Position numbers and translations under genes: made by a program
The notes under the pieces: model-generated
Databases searched by the model: none
Told to the model about the DNA's origin: nothing
What the model saw: the letters and a program-made list of their open reading frames with translations, nothing else
Virus record (IMG/VR): IMGVR_UViG_3300032306_000120
Span: 1-43,585 of that record
Source of the DNA: a virus
Taxonomy: Duplodnaviria > Caudoviricetes
Length of the DNA stretch: 43,585 nucleotides
Direction: 5' to 3' (one strand)
Shown: positions 25,101 to 34,400 of the stretch, in pieces
Layout of the letters: the number at the start of each line of letters is the position of its first letter
How positions within the stretch are numbered: position 1 is the first letter of the stretch

Positions 25101-28100
25101 TGACGACGCGGGTCGGCTGCAACACCGACGACATGATCACGTTTGCCAGCCCCTGCTTCTTGGCGGCCGACATGATCTGCTGCCACGCTAGCTCTGGGTT
25201 GTAGTCGTGACGGGTGACAGCCTCGATGTCGATGGCACGCTGCTGCACCAACACCGTCTGCATGCTCGGCACAGCCTTCGGTGCCAGCAACGACTCGACG
25301 TCTGCGTTGCGGATCAACGCGTCGCGCAGCGCGATCATCGCATTGCGCATGTCCTCGTCCGTCGGCATCGAGCTCTGGTCGTAGGGGTCCGCATTCAGAT
25401 GACCACCGACCGTCGCGGTGTAGCGATTCGGACGCATCTCTGCCGCAAGCAGACGATCGTTCGCTTCGCGCTTCCTCGCTTGCAGGTCCGTGTTCAGCGG
25501 CCGCGCCAGCGTGCGCTCGTGTCGAATGATCTCTGGGTTGACGACCGACAGCTGTGCAGCAGCGGCTGCGATCAACGCATCGGTCTGCTCTACAGCCTTT
25601 GTGCCGGCAGTCTGGCCTTGCTGCGCCCACGCGATGAACTGCCTGGAGTCCACCGTGTATTGCGACTTGGTCTTGCCTGCTGCGTCGGGCTTGCTCTGCG
25701 ACTCTGTCGACGCCGGCAGTTCTAACCCGAGAGCGGACGACCATCTGGTCATGTCGTCCCACTGCGACTGGGTCAGTAGCACAGTGGTCTGGCCCTTGTC
25801 CAACGCGCGCAGGATCTTGGCGATGCGCGTCTCGGGCTTGGCTTCGTTCTCGCGAGCTTGCGGCTCGATCCAGCGGTTCAACTGGTTGCCAGCGGTTTGC
25901 CGCTCTCTCGCCATGTCGCGCGCGGCCGATGCTGCTGCGCGCACGTTGCGCAACTCGGGCAACGCGTTCTCGGCTTCTTGCTTCTGCTCAGCCGTTGCCG
26001 AGTTGGTCGCGTCTGCAATGCGGCGCAACTCGCGGATGCCTTCGACGTCTGGGTTGCCGGCGAGGTTGTCCTCGAACTCGAACGACCCGTTCTCGCCGGC
26101 GGCTGCCGTCCACGAGTGCCGCGTCCAGTGCTCCTTCTCCAAGAACCACACGACGGCTTGCAGGTCGTCGTCGTTCAGCCCGTCCAGCAGCTTGACTTCC
26201 TTGAGGTCTGGGTCGTTGCGGATCGCCAACACCGCACGGCGGAAGATCTCTTGCCCGAATCCGAACTGCCCAATGGTCTCGCCGCTCGGCAGCATCGCAC
26301 CAGCAACCGAGGCCTCTGCCTTGTTCGGCAGGCGCAACTTGCCGGCCATGCGGTCAAGGAAGCGAGCAGCCCACACGTCGATCGTCGCCTTCCTGCGGAA
26401 CCCGATCAGGTTGCCCGAGAAGTTCAGAGCCTTGGGTGCGGTGTCACCCTTGCCCGTGATCACGTTCTCCTCGCGGATCACGCGCCACAGGTTCATCAGG
26501 CCACGCACGACGTTCTCGCCGTTGAAGCCGAACTTGCGATCGGTCATCTGGCCGGCGAGCGACTTGCGCGGAAGCATGTCCCGCTTGCGGTGCTTCAACC
26601 GCACGGTCATGCGCTTGCCGGCTTCCTTCAAGATCTCGTTCTGCTCTCGGACTCCAGCTGCGTCCTTGGCGGTCTTGATGCTGAAGAACTTCTTGATGTT
26701 CTCGACGCCTGCGGCTGTGACCTCTTGCTCGCTGACGCCTTCAACCTGCGATGGCACGATCTCCAGGTCGCGCACAGCGCGCAACACAACGCGGCGCACT
26801 CGGTATTCGCGCGACTCGGTGATTGCCTTCTTGGTCAAGCCGGCCGCGACCTGCTTCTCATACCACGCTTCGAGGTCGGCTTCCTCGGCCTCGACGTCGG
26901 ACAGCCACTCGTCCCACAGCGGTGCGAGATCGTCAAACTGACCCGTCAACGCCATGCGCAACGAGAGCACCGCGTTGGTCCAGTTGTCGCGCACCGGCGT
27001 GTTGGGTGACGTTGCTCCCAACAGGTCGGCGAACAGATCGCCAAGACCGCCGAACTCGTAGCGCAGGCGAGTGCGCATCTCTCGATACCAGCCGGCAGCT
27101 TGCAGGATCGTCGACGCGTTCGTGTCGCCGTTGCGGTAGCGATCGGCGATGCGACGCATCTCCGTCACCACGTTGTCGACGATCATCTTCAGCTGTGCTT
27201 CCGACCGCTCGTTCAGCTGCATCGCTTCTTGCACGCTAGCGACAGCCTTCTCGTGCTTCTCGCGCAGGCTGCGCAGTTCCGCCTTAGCTTCAGGCAGTTG
27301 CTCCAACGCGGCGGCTGCTTCTGGAACGTCCAGGGTTTGCAGACGTTCACGAGCTTCGTCGAGCTTGGCTTGCGCCTGCGCGGCCTTGGCAGCGTCGGTC
27401 TCCTTCGAGAGCTTGGTCTCCAGCCGCTTGATCTCAGAGCGCGTCGACTTCAAGCCGGCGACAGAATCCGATTCCGTCAAGGCGACGAGCGTCGTCACCA
27501 GTGCTTCGGTCTTGTCCATCTGCTGCTTGATGTCGCGCTCCGCAGCAATCTTCTGTTCCAGTTCTGCCGGCGCATCAGCAAGCGGACCTTCGGCGTCGCG
27601 ATCGAAACCGTAGGGCAGCTTGTTGTATTCGATCTCGAACAGTGGTGCGCGCCGCTTGCCGTCTGGTGCAGGAGCCGGCTTGGTGTCGTCGTCGTCCTGA
27701 CGCTTGATCGACTTGATCGACGTCTGCGCCCAGCCTGGGTCTGTTGGCGTTGCTCCTTGCGCAGGGTGCTTGCGCTTGAAGTCCAACACCTGCTCGACCA
27801 CGTCGTCACGATCGAACCCAAAGCGTTCAACAGCAGCCGTGATCTGCTCGTCCTCTTCCTTGGTCAGCGACACATCGACTGCAAGGAATCGCTCTTGGCG
27901 AGCGACAGCCATGGCAAGGCTCTGCTTGTTTGCGTCGATCTCCGTGGGATCCACTGGGACCACAGATCGCAACGAACGCAGCGGTTGTTCCAGCGAGTCG
28001 ATGTCGTCCTGCAACTCATACAACGCCTTGCGCATGCTGACGACTTCGTCGCCCTGCTTGTTCAGCTCTGCCTGCAATGCCTCGACCAACTCCTCTAGCT

Positions 28101-31100
28101 TCTTGGCAAGCTGGCGCGCCGCGTTCTTGGCAGCCAGTGCTTGGTTCTGCGTGCCGTCGTAGAGCGCGTTGTCGTATTCAGCCTCTGGGTCAACCTCGCC
28201 CGCTTTGTCGCGAGCCGCAACCAAGACCGCTTCGATCAGGTGCGCCGGCAACGTGATCGACGACTTCTCATCATCGCCGCCTTCCAAAGCAGCGCGTGCT
28301 TCCTCGGCCTGATCCTTGGAGATGCCTGCGGCATCGATGACGGTGTCGTCGTCCCATGTGTCGCCAAGGAAGTCGGACAACAGCGAGATGACTTGGTCTC
28401 GGTTCTTGCCTTTCAAGGCCACGCGCACTGCCGGCCGTTCGCGCAGGATGGTCGTCAGCTTGTCGCGCAGGAAGTCGCGCTTCTTGGTCAGTGACTCCAG
28501 CTGTCCCTCTGCGTTGACGATGGACTCTTGGTCCTTTGCATCCATCCACGCGCTCGCTTCCTTCAGGTAGGTGCGCAGCTTTGCGGCCGACTCGGCAGCA
28601 GCAACGCGCTCCTCCTCGGGCAGCATCATGTTGGACGCGCGTGCTTCCAATGCGGATGCGTCCAACTCGGCTTGCGCCATCTCGTTGACGACAGCCTCGA
28701 CGACGTCCTTCTCTGGCATCTGTTCGAGCGTGTCCAACACGTTGACCTGCGTGCGCTCGGCCTTCTCCATCTGGGCCATGAGCTTGCGGTAGTTGGCGGA
28801 CTCCGCCTTGAACTCCGCGCTCTGCGCCTTGCCGTCTGCATGCAGCATCGTCAGACGCGTGCGGCTTTCCGACAACGCGGCCTGCACGCGGTCCACTTCC
28901 GCACGCGATGCGGCGATCTGATCCGACGGAAGCACAGGGCTAGGCACCGGCTCGCCGGCAGGGATCTCCTCCGCAGGAGCCTTGCCGATTGCCTCGACCT
29001 GCTCGGCCACTTCTGCTGCTGCTTGCTCCTGCGATGCCTGCTGCTGTTCAGGCGTCGCGCCGGTCGTGACCGACACGTCGACCGGTGCAGCTGCTGGTGC
29101 AGGTGCAGGTGCCGCAGCAGCGGGTGCGGGTGTTGGCGTCGCTGCTGGCGCAGGTGCAGCTGTGGCCCCGGCAGCAGTCGCGGGCGCGGGCGCGGCAGCA
29201 GGAGCCGCCGCCGGCTTGATGCCCGACTTCGCAGGGCTGATGGCAGGGATCTGCGGGCGAACAGGAGGCGCGCCGGCTGTGCGCTTCAGCTGCTCCTCGG
29301 TCAGAATCTGCGGGTTCTCCTTCTGGTAGAACTCCCAGACGTCCATGCCTTTACGCGACGCGCGGAACACGACGCTGCGGATGAACATCTCGGACATCGC
29401 TTGGATCTGAGCCGTCGTGTATCGGCCCGTGTCGCGCAACTGCTTGGTCACAGTCTTGCGCAGCATCACCATCGAGTCCTGCTTCTTCTGTCCTCCGCCT
29501 TCGCCGCCTTCCTCGTCAGCTGCCGGATCTTCTTGCTCTGCTTTCTCGGCAGCAAGGCGCATCTGCTCTGCCTTGTTGAACACGTCCAAAGCCTCGGCAA
29601 GGCTCAACGGGTTCGGGTTCGACGACGTCGCAACGCGCAGGTCTTGCTTGATCTTGTTGGCGAACTCGGTCTTGCCCAGGCCTGAGACGTAGTCGCCGAT
29701 CGGGATGACGATGTCTGCGCGGTCGTCCTCGGCGTTGTCCAGTTGGTCCGCGATCTGCGGGAACATCTGGCGGAACGCTTCGTGCGACGAGAACGGCTGC
29801 ACGCCCACGCCCTGCTTGCGACCGTCTGCCTCCATCGAGGCGATGTGCTGGCGCAGCTTGCCGGCTTCGATCAGGATCTCGCCCTGCTCGGTGTTGTCCG
29901 CGATCGCTTGCGTCACCTCGGCTGCAAGCTCTGGGTCGCGCGTCGTCAGCGGGTCGATCTTCTTGGCGACCTCGTTGAGCGTCTCGATCTTGCGGCCTTC
30001 CTTCAGGGCACGACGAGCGCGGCGCAGGTCTGAGTGGAACCCGATGGCACCCATGCCGATGGTCGGCAAGGTCATGCCTTCGAGCGTGTATTTGGCGATC
30101 TCGAACGTGCGCTTCCAGTAGCTGCCTAACGCAGCTTCGCCTTGCTTGATCGCTTCCTCGTATTCGGGACGGCTCGTTGCCTTCGCAACGATCTCGCCCA
30201 GCATCTGAAGGTTCTCCTCGAACACTTCCTCGCCGACCTCGTAGGAGACCGACGTTGCCCCGTATTGCGCTGCGCGCGCCACGGCTCTTCCGGTCGTCAT
30301 CCCCGTCAGCTGCTTCATGTAGACGCTTCCGCCCAGCTTGGCGAGCCACTGTGGGCCGAGCGTCTTCATCGCTGCGTTGACCATTACCGGCGACACGAAC
30401 TTGCCGACGCCGATCGCTTCGGGAAGCATCGCCACAAGACCGATGCCACGAGACACGTCGGCCGCCGCGTTCGGGTCGTAGCCGGTCTCCAGCAGTTGCT
30501 GGAACGCGTTGCCTTGGATCTGCCGGTAGCCTTGCAGCATGTTGCCGGCGGCGAACACCGTTGCAGCTGCCGTCCCTGCGGTGAACGACGTGTATGCAGC
30601 ACCTGCGCCGGCAATCGGAGTGCCCACAAAAGACACGGCAACGCCGGTCCCGATCGCTGCCACTGCCGGCCAGAACATCTGGTCGTAGAACTGGCGCGAC
30701 ACTTCTGCACCCGACGACCAGATGCCTGAAACTTCTGGCAGCTTGCTGATCTTGTCCTGCAACTCCTGGATCTGCTTCTCGCGCCCGTCGTCCAGCTGCA
30801 CGCCCGACCATGTGTTGGACAGCTGCTCGCTACGCAGGAACGAAATCTCGTTGTTGAGCGTAGACCGCTGCCACCCAATCGAAAACCGCTCATACCACGC
30901 CAGCTGCGACGTCGAGTCCGACAACCGTTGCGCGCGCCCGAGGTCCGCCATGAACCGCGACAGCACCGGCGACTTCTCGTAGATCTGGTGCATCGCCGCA
31001 AGCTTGTCCTGCGCGTATCGCTCGTAGACGCGCGGGTCCGTGCGCACCTGATCGGCGGACACGTTCAGCAAGCCGGCGATCTCCTGCGCGCGCGCCGCTT

Positions 31101-31497
31101 CTGCTGGGTCCACGTCGAGGCTCTGCAACCACGACTGCCTCGCTTGGTTGGCAAGCTGCTCCTGCTTGCGCTGGCGCGAAAACTCCAGGGCCGCCGTTAC
31201 CACGGGGTCGCGTTGCGGCCGGCGCAGGATCTCGGCGTCCTGGTATTGCTTCTCCATCGACGACGTCGCGCTCCACAACGCGTCGAGCTTGGGGTCGTCG
31301 AACACCGGCAACGAGAACCCGCGCTGCTGCATCGTCTGCAACGCTTGCGCGCGGGCCTCGTCTGCCGTCATCCTGCGGATCGGATCTTGTCCAACCGTCG
31401 GCTCCATCGGCGGCAGCACTGGCGGCTGCGGGCCAATCACCGGGGGCACTGGTTCCTGCGGATCCTGCGGGATGAGTTCGTCCATGTTGGTGTTCAC
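19150..31497 (-). CDS. Giant (4115 aa) internal virion/DNA-ejection polyvalent protein
   Basis: Third of three internal virion genes after the nozzle (T7 gp16 position). Contains a HEASH zincin motif (23593-23607), a GNAT-like segment, an HhH-GPD-like segment, a Pro/Ala linker, and hydrophobic segments near both ends. Confidence 0.88.
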   Translation of the reverse strand: MNTNMDELIPQDPQEPVPPVIGPQPPVLPPMEPTVGQDPIRRMTADEARAQALQTMQQRGFSLPVFDDPKLDALWSATSSMEKQYQDAEILRRPQRDPVVTAALEFSRQRKQEQLANQARQSWLQSLDVDPAEAARAQEIAGLLNVSADQVRTDPRVYERYAQDKLAAMHQIYEKSPVLSRFMADLGRAQRLSDSTSQLAWYERFSIGWQRSTLNNEISFLRSEQLSNTWSGVQLDDGREKQIQELQDKISKLPEVSGIWSSGAEVSRQFYDQMFWPAVAAIGTGVAVSFVGTPIAGAGAAYTSFTAGTAAATVFAAGNMLQGYRQIQGNAFQQLLETGYDPNAAADVSRGIGLVAMLPEAIGVGKFVSPVMVNAAMKTLGPQWLAKLGGSVYMKQLTGMTTGRAVARAAQYGATSVSYEVGEEVFEENLQMLGEIVAKATSRPEYEEAIKQGEAALGSYWKRTFEIAKYTLEGMTLPTIGMGAIGFHSDLRRARRALKEGRKIETLNEVAKKIDPLTTRDPELAAEVTQAIADNTEQGEILIEAGKLRQHIASMEADGRKQGVGVQPFSSHEAFRQMFPQIADQLDNAEDDRADIVIPIGDYVSGLGKTEFANKIKQDLRVATSSNPNPLSLAEALDVFNKAEQMRLAAEKAEQEDPAADEEGGEGGGQKKQDSMVMLRKTVTKQLRDTGRYTTAQIQAMSEMFIRSVVFRASRKGMDVWEFYQKENPQILTEEQLKRTAGAPPVRPQIPAISPAKSGIKPAAAPAAAPAPATAAGATAAPAPAATPTPAPAAAAPAPAPAAAPVDVSVTTGATPEQQQASQEQAAAEVAEQVEAIGKAPAEEIPAGEPVPSPVLPSDQIAASRAEVDRVQAALSESRTRLTMLHADGKAQSAEFKAESANYRKLMAQMEKAERTQVNVLDTLEQMPEKDVVEAVVNEMAQAELDASALEARASNMMLPEEERVAAAESAAKLRTYLKEASAWMDAKDQESIVNAEGQLESLTKKRDFLRDKLTTILRERPAVRVALKGKNRDQVISLLSDFLGDTWDDDTVIDAAGISKDQAEEARAALEGGDDEKSSITLPAHLIEAVLVAARDKAGEVDPEAEYDNALYDGTQNQALAAKNAARQLAKKLEELVEALQAELNKQGDEVVSMRKALYELQDDIDSLEQPLRSLRSVVPVDPTEIDANKQSLAMAVARQERFLAVDVSLTKEEDEQITAAVERFGFDRDDVVEQVLDFKRKHPAQGATPTDPGWAQTSIKSIKRQDDDDTKPAPAPDGKRRAPLFEIEYNKLPYGFDRDAEGPLADAPAELEQKIAAERDIKQQMDKTEALVTTLVALTESDSVAGLKSTRSEIKRLETKLSKETDAAKAAQAQAKLDEARERLQTLDVPEAAAALEQLPEAKAELRSLREKHEKAVASVQEAMQLNERSEAQLKMIVDNVVTEMRRIADRYRNGDTNASTILQAAGWYREMRTRLRYEFGGLGDLFADLLGATSPNTPVRDNWTNAVLSLRMALTGQFDDLAPLWDEWLSDVEAEEADLEAWYEKQVAAGLTKKAITESREYRVRRVVLRAVRDLEIVPSQVEGVSEQEVTAAGVENIKKFFSIKTAKDAAGVREQNEILKEAGKRMTVRLKHRKRDMLPRKSLAGQMTDRKFGFNGENVVRGLMNLWRVIREENVITGKGDTAPKALNFSGNLIGFRRKATIDVWAARFLDRMAGKLRLPNKAEASVAGAMLPSGETIGQFGFGQEIFRRAVLAIRNDPDLKEVKLLDGLNDDDLQAVVWFLEKEHWTRHSWTAAAGENGSFEFEDNLAGNPDVEGIRELRRIADATNSATAEQKQEAENALPELRNVRAAASAARDMARERQTAGNQLNRWIEPQARENEAKPETRIAKILRALDKGQTTVLLTQSQWDDMTRWSSALGLELPASTESQSKPDAAGKTKSQYTVDSRQFIAWAQQGQTAGTKAVEQTDALIAAAAAQLSVVNPEIIRHERTLARPLNTDLQARKREANDRLLAAEMRPNRYTATVGGHLNADPYDQSSMPTDEDMRNAMIALRDALIRNADVESLLAPKAVPSMQTVLVQQRAIDIEAVTRHDYNPELAWQQIMSAAKKQGLANVIMSSVLQPTRVVKKHDDGTTSIGYEVRFNPKEHRPSVEVYFRSGGSIEERQAIMDRISNIGGLPTMGYTVITDGRATPQVRSGQTGNVVGVRFQLVPEFEQRYGVFDWASLSEDQVGEEVMRRFGIMMQAAHRITQLYPDVSFSNVMWGSTRVAFEDDIQNYAEPTERATGATGRAFPGWKGQSVLDGVARANRAAGASRVAVDAKALGARHPATAGTVKGHDAAVRARVGRRGPDAAKWSHRSRPVGDATRSGLLDAFRNVGILKLWEAGAMLRAAFSNEGYATPRIVELDPKDAAAVELFRQSIARSKQTSKFGSSVYVYDAESYRDMRLFLTQDGLSGFAIKADGDLVSAFSSGNSGRVLVDLGIQEGGLKADAFDTALPGIYAGHGLRVAARVKWDDSQAPSDWDKSLYKAFNHGEPDVVMLVADPEYVGPYTGTEGKTLEYGDALEEQAKQIAAVQAKQTKQQSLRQLRSVAPARPTPGTDVRGEFFPESMTILLKQKADMSTFLHEASHMFMVWLMRDAGLPNAAEADKRDAAVLLDWFGIKSLDEWNALGLEGQRKYHERFAYSWEIWLSEGIAPVEDLDGVFATFRRWLLRVYTNIRDVLNETYKQEFGEDLPILRGDVQMVMSRMLAADDEIQATQGARSMQPLYLTEEQALAAGMTKAEWENHAAVRQRARDAAAERLTERRTRMMKMLGRGALRVLDSIQEKAAKIRERVEAEVAAEVERMPVYRLMSWMRTGVMIDEAGKDMGDTGLEKGESRKLNRADVLEILADLKIPGLIDEEAIERKLGSMMSERGQSPTLVGAMVGYNNATELLKALLNAKPQQELVQERTDQRMLDEYSEFYDEKDIADEIGAALHNKHREELIAIELDHEMTILRMQADAAAQTPEQKAEREAAIVRIGEIKKQRDELVKRIKKERQRLAEQTTEQAVTKAEDALDAAIKEKDPIKIRDARKAVRAAYAAVTAARNAAAKNVRTAVSEIDKKLRRMKDKKSPEAQQLQDQRQALLDSDLLRMLDEKRALDNQIADQERKAYGMRTPIRSIVDAANKAAKKMIAGRRVSEVSASKHERIARKAREDADKSRKKGNHQAAVDAKTTELVHHAMVVLADKLSDLIGRTKKMTRGMFASDTKLGERRMIEVVLMARALASLYGLGPNSEAITPEAVQAAVGKVREFNPAMADEVEMAVAHAATIAAERSKDAAKRDVTAPLWKDLTVDQFRDLSDTLESLWVYSLQAKKMEVEGRRMEAEDAANQLSESLRKQERTATKDKWRTATSDKERKTRRLLTTWNKTKIVELWCEMMDGVDANGNPVAGAWTKLFYRPVQMAIDAWRKHAGDLKEQSNQIIKKFGNLKRWKEPLVAEELGGYEFESKAHLLGAILQSGNMSNLTRLLLGMKRHDDRSQSWGSLNEDGTLNTENWQKFLDRVMSGDNPIITKADMAAVQELWDLNATILPLTQRAWRAVFGVPFKTIETEGIVTVHGTFPGGYWPAKQDSTKSMEAAERDLESTLESEARVLHPQAPRGFGITRVEHEYRPLQLDVRLSGIHLTEALQFAYIQPVVKKVMLVLKQKNLKSAIEGFDPTLITSLFTPWLHRVSRQTQARDPDTTSTGWIARWLRKRTGINQMFNHLANALQQMTGHFVTMTRVPIKYWARAFAMFWTGKAGDMAKAQEAYSSFMFERRRNKLMELAGDLDDMLNDPNLFQKYREKVERQAYWLQSLFQNQVDSIAWTAAFNHRMDQLRDDASLTQEQKVVDAVAHADGIVRKTQGSLNPESISAMHNAGEWSKLVFQFQSYFITLMHGNMSLLKAIKRDIGWKSGSIRMLHVYVMGFLMPMVIGDAISKAATGDWEDDEDGDGIDDVWFEVFVASQARGATAMLPVVGPVVASIANAMDDKPYNDRLLNVPALTAVEKSIRGAKSLVEVFYEGRDVQGKDAKEWSWLFSMATGLPTLWVAKPVGSGIDWATGRAEPVNAMDAVRALVFGGSQWGGR

Positions 31498-34400
31498 TTG
31501 CCAGACCAGTAGTCGCTGTAGGTGCTGCTCAGATCATCAGCCTTGCGCTCGTAGATCTGTGCTTGCTCTACCAACTTTTGCAGGTGGATCTTCTGGTTGT
31601 CGGTCAAGCCAGCTTCGCCGTCCTGCGCTGGGTAATACATCTCGGCCGACTCGCGAGCCATCTTGGACGCCTTGCGCAGCTTGTCGTGCTCTTGCTTGGC
31701 CTGCGGAGCCTGACGCTCCTTCTCTGGCATGTCCCAACGGCCCTGGTATTTCTTGCGCAGCGACTTCGCCTTCGCTTCAGCCTTCTGCGCATGCTCGATG
31801 AGCCACGCGTGGTGCTGGCTTTCAAGTTGAGACATGCTGGCGAGCTTCTCGATCGGGTAGTAGGACAACGCCACATCGCGCCACACGCGAGCCGACTGCA
31901 ACAGTTCGTCGTGCATCGTGCGAGCGACCTGCGCTTGGCGCGGCTTCGCATCAATCCTTGCTCCGACTCGAAGGCGACCAGCCATTCCTTGCCGGTATTG
32001 CGGATCGTTGGGGTTCTCCCACCACTCCGGTGCGGTGACCTGCGCACTCGGCATAGAGCCATCGGCTGTGGCCGCAATGCGCTGGCCTGCAAACAGCAGG
32101 TCTTCGCTGTCGAGGATGCCAGCCTTGCTGAACATCTGGAGGTTCTCAACCGCGAACGTCTCGACCTGCTCTTGCAGGTTCTTGCTATGGTTGACGGCTG
32201 TCGCTGCAAACGACAAAAGCTCCGCAGACCGTTGCTCCTTCTGCTTCTGCAACGCCATCTTCTGTTGATCGGACAGGTATTGCTCTTCGCCCGTTTGAGC
32301 TAGCACTTGCTGCGCAAGCATCACGGCTTGCATGGCGCGCTGCTGCAACCCTCCAGCCATGTCGAGCGTGTAGCCGTAGGCCTTCTCGCGATCTGCTGCG
32401 GCCTTCTGCATGTCCGTCAGTGTCGCGTCTGTCGGTGCTGCGACGTTCGGACCGCTTGCTGTCAGCTGCGTCACGATTTCAGCGTGCTGCTTTTGCGCAG
32501 CCACCAACCGTGCCTGCGCTTCTGCGTAGGCAGCTGTGGGGTTCATCGGGTTGCCGTCGCGTGTCAATAGCCGGTCATCGCGCATCTGCGATTCAAGCCA
32601 CGCTTTCTCGTCCAGCAGTTCGATGCCCTCGCGAGATCGAATCTCTGCGGCTCTGGTGTCTGCTCTGCGTTGCAGCATTTGGGCAAGGCCTTCAGTGGAG
32701 TCGCCCATTGCATCCAACGCAGCCGGCCCCGAGAGCCCGAATGGCGCAGCGGGCATCGGCGTGTTTTGGTCGTTCGACTTGTAGAGAACCTCCAAAGTTG
32801 CCGGCCGGCCCAGTTCGGTCCACAGCTGCGCCACGTCGCGGATTGACGTGTAGTCGGAGTAGCCAACCTCTTGCATGAGCGCGGCGACCAGACGCTCGTC
32901 CTTCGGCATATCCACCAGTCGGATCGCTTCTCCGTTGTCGATGGTGACGTGCAGGTTTGCCGTCGCCATCAGACGATCCTTGTCGTCCATCTGGAACATC
33001 TTGTCCATCTCGTCGAACGACAGCTGCGTCTTCTTGTCGATGCCGGTCAGCTGGAAGTCTTCGAGCATGTTGCCGACCATCTCGTCGCGCTCTTTGCGCG
33101 TCATCGCCGGCTTGCCCATCTGCGCACGCGCTGCGTCGGCTTCAGTGACGCGCTCGTCCATCATCGCGAACAACCGCTGCCGCGAGAGCTCCAAGGCCCC
33201 GAACGCTGCCTTTGCCTTTGCGTTGGAGTCCGTTGCGTTCTTCCCCTCCTCCCACGCCTTCTTGTCGGCAGGGCGAGCGTTGAGCCACTTGACCCACGCG
33301 TGGTCGTGCTCAGACAACTCGGGCTTGTAGTCGCTCTTGCCGCGTGCCTCCTGCTGCTTGCGGATCTCGTCCTTCCAATACTTCATCTGCTCCGCGTTCA
33401 GCAGCTTGTTCCAATCGATGGTGAACTTGGACAGGTCTTGGTCGGCCAGCTTGCCGTCCGCGCGCATGCGCTCCAAAGACGCGACTGCTACTGGGCTAAA
33501 CGCCCACCCAGGCTGCCGTGCTTTCGTTTCCAAGTCTTCCAGCTTCTCGAAGCCACCGTTGGTTTCGATGCGGCCCGCAATCTCTGGGTGCTGCCGTCGG
33601 AACCCTGCGATGTCGGGTTGCAGATCGTGCTGTTGCTGTGAGCGAAACCACATCCGCGCCGAATCGATGTCTGCGGCCAGCTGCTGGTTCTTGATGTTGT
33701 CGGCGGTCGTCTGCTGCTCGGTGATCGTCTTGCGAACCTCGTCGATGTCTTCGATCCGTAGCTCCTTCGACTCGATCCGGTTGGGCAGGTCGGCGATCAA
33801 CTGGTCGCCCGTCAAGCTGCCACGGTTTTGCCACAGGGACAAACCGATCGCAGTCGAGCGCGTCTTGTCGTCTGCTGCGCGCGCCTGCGTGCGCGTGGCA
33901 CCGTAGGTCTTGGCGTCGAGCTCGCCTTCGTCGAGGAACCGCGAGGCATACCGCTGCGCCTGCGCAGGGTCGCCTTCCTTCAGGATGTTGACGACCGTCG
34001 TCTTGTGCATCTCCTGCATGTTCTTCGCCAGCATGCTTTGGAATGCCGGCGAGTCAGGAGTGATGCCTTCGAGCTTGGCGAGTGCTGCGGTCTCGTTGAC
34101 GATCTGCGCGCGCGAATCCCTGTAGGTGTTGGGTCCGTAGGTCGCGTCGTTCTCGTTCTCCCAGCCTTGCCAGTTCTGCGACGCCATCTCGGAGAACCGC
34201 TCCAGACGCGCGGTCGCCTGCACCTTGGCGTTGGCTCGCATCTCCTTGCCGGCGTGCAACTCCCACTTGCCGACGAAGTGGTCGCGCAGCTTGACCAACG
34301 CCGGTTGCAGCAGCTTCTGCTGCATCGGGTTCTTGGTCTGCTTGGCGATCTCCTCCAGCTGCTTGTCCAGTTGCTGAAGCGTTGGGTCGTATGCGTCGAC

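Noticed and set aside
29080-29215. GCA/GGT-rich tandem-like DNA repeats
   Set aside because: They simply encode the Pro/Ala linker of the giant protein.
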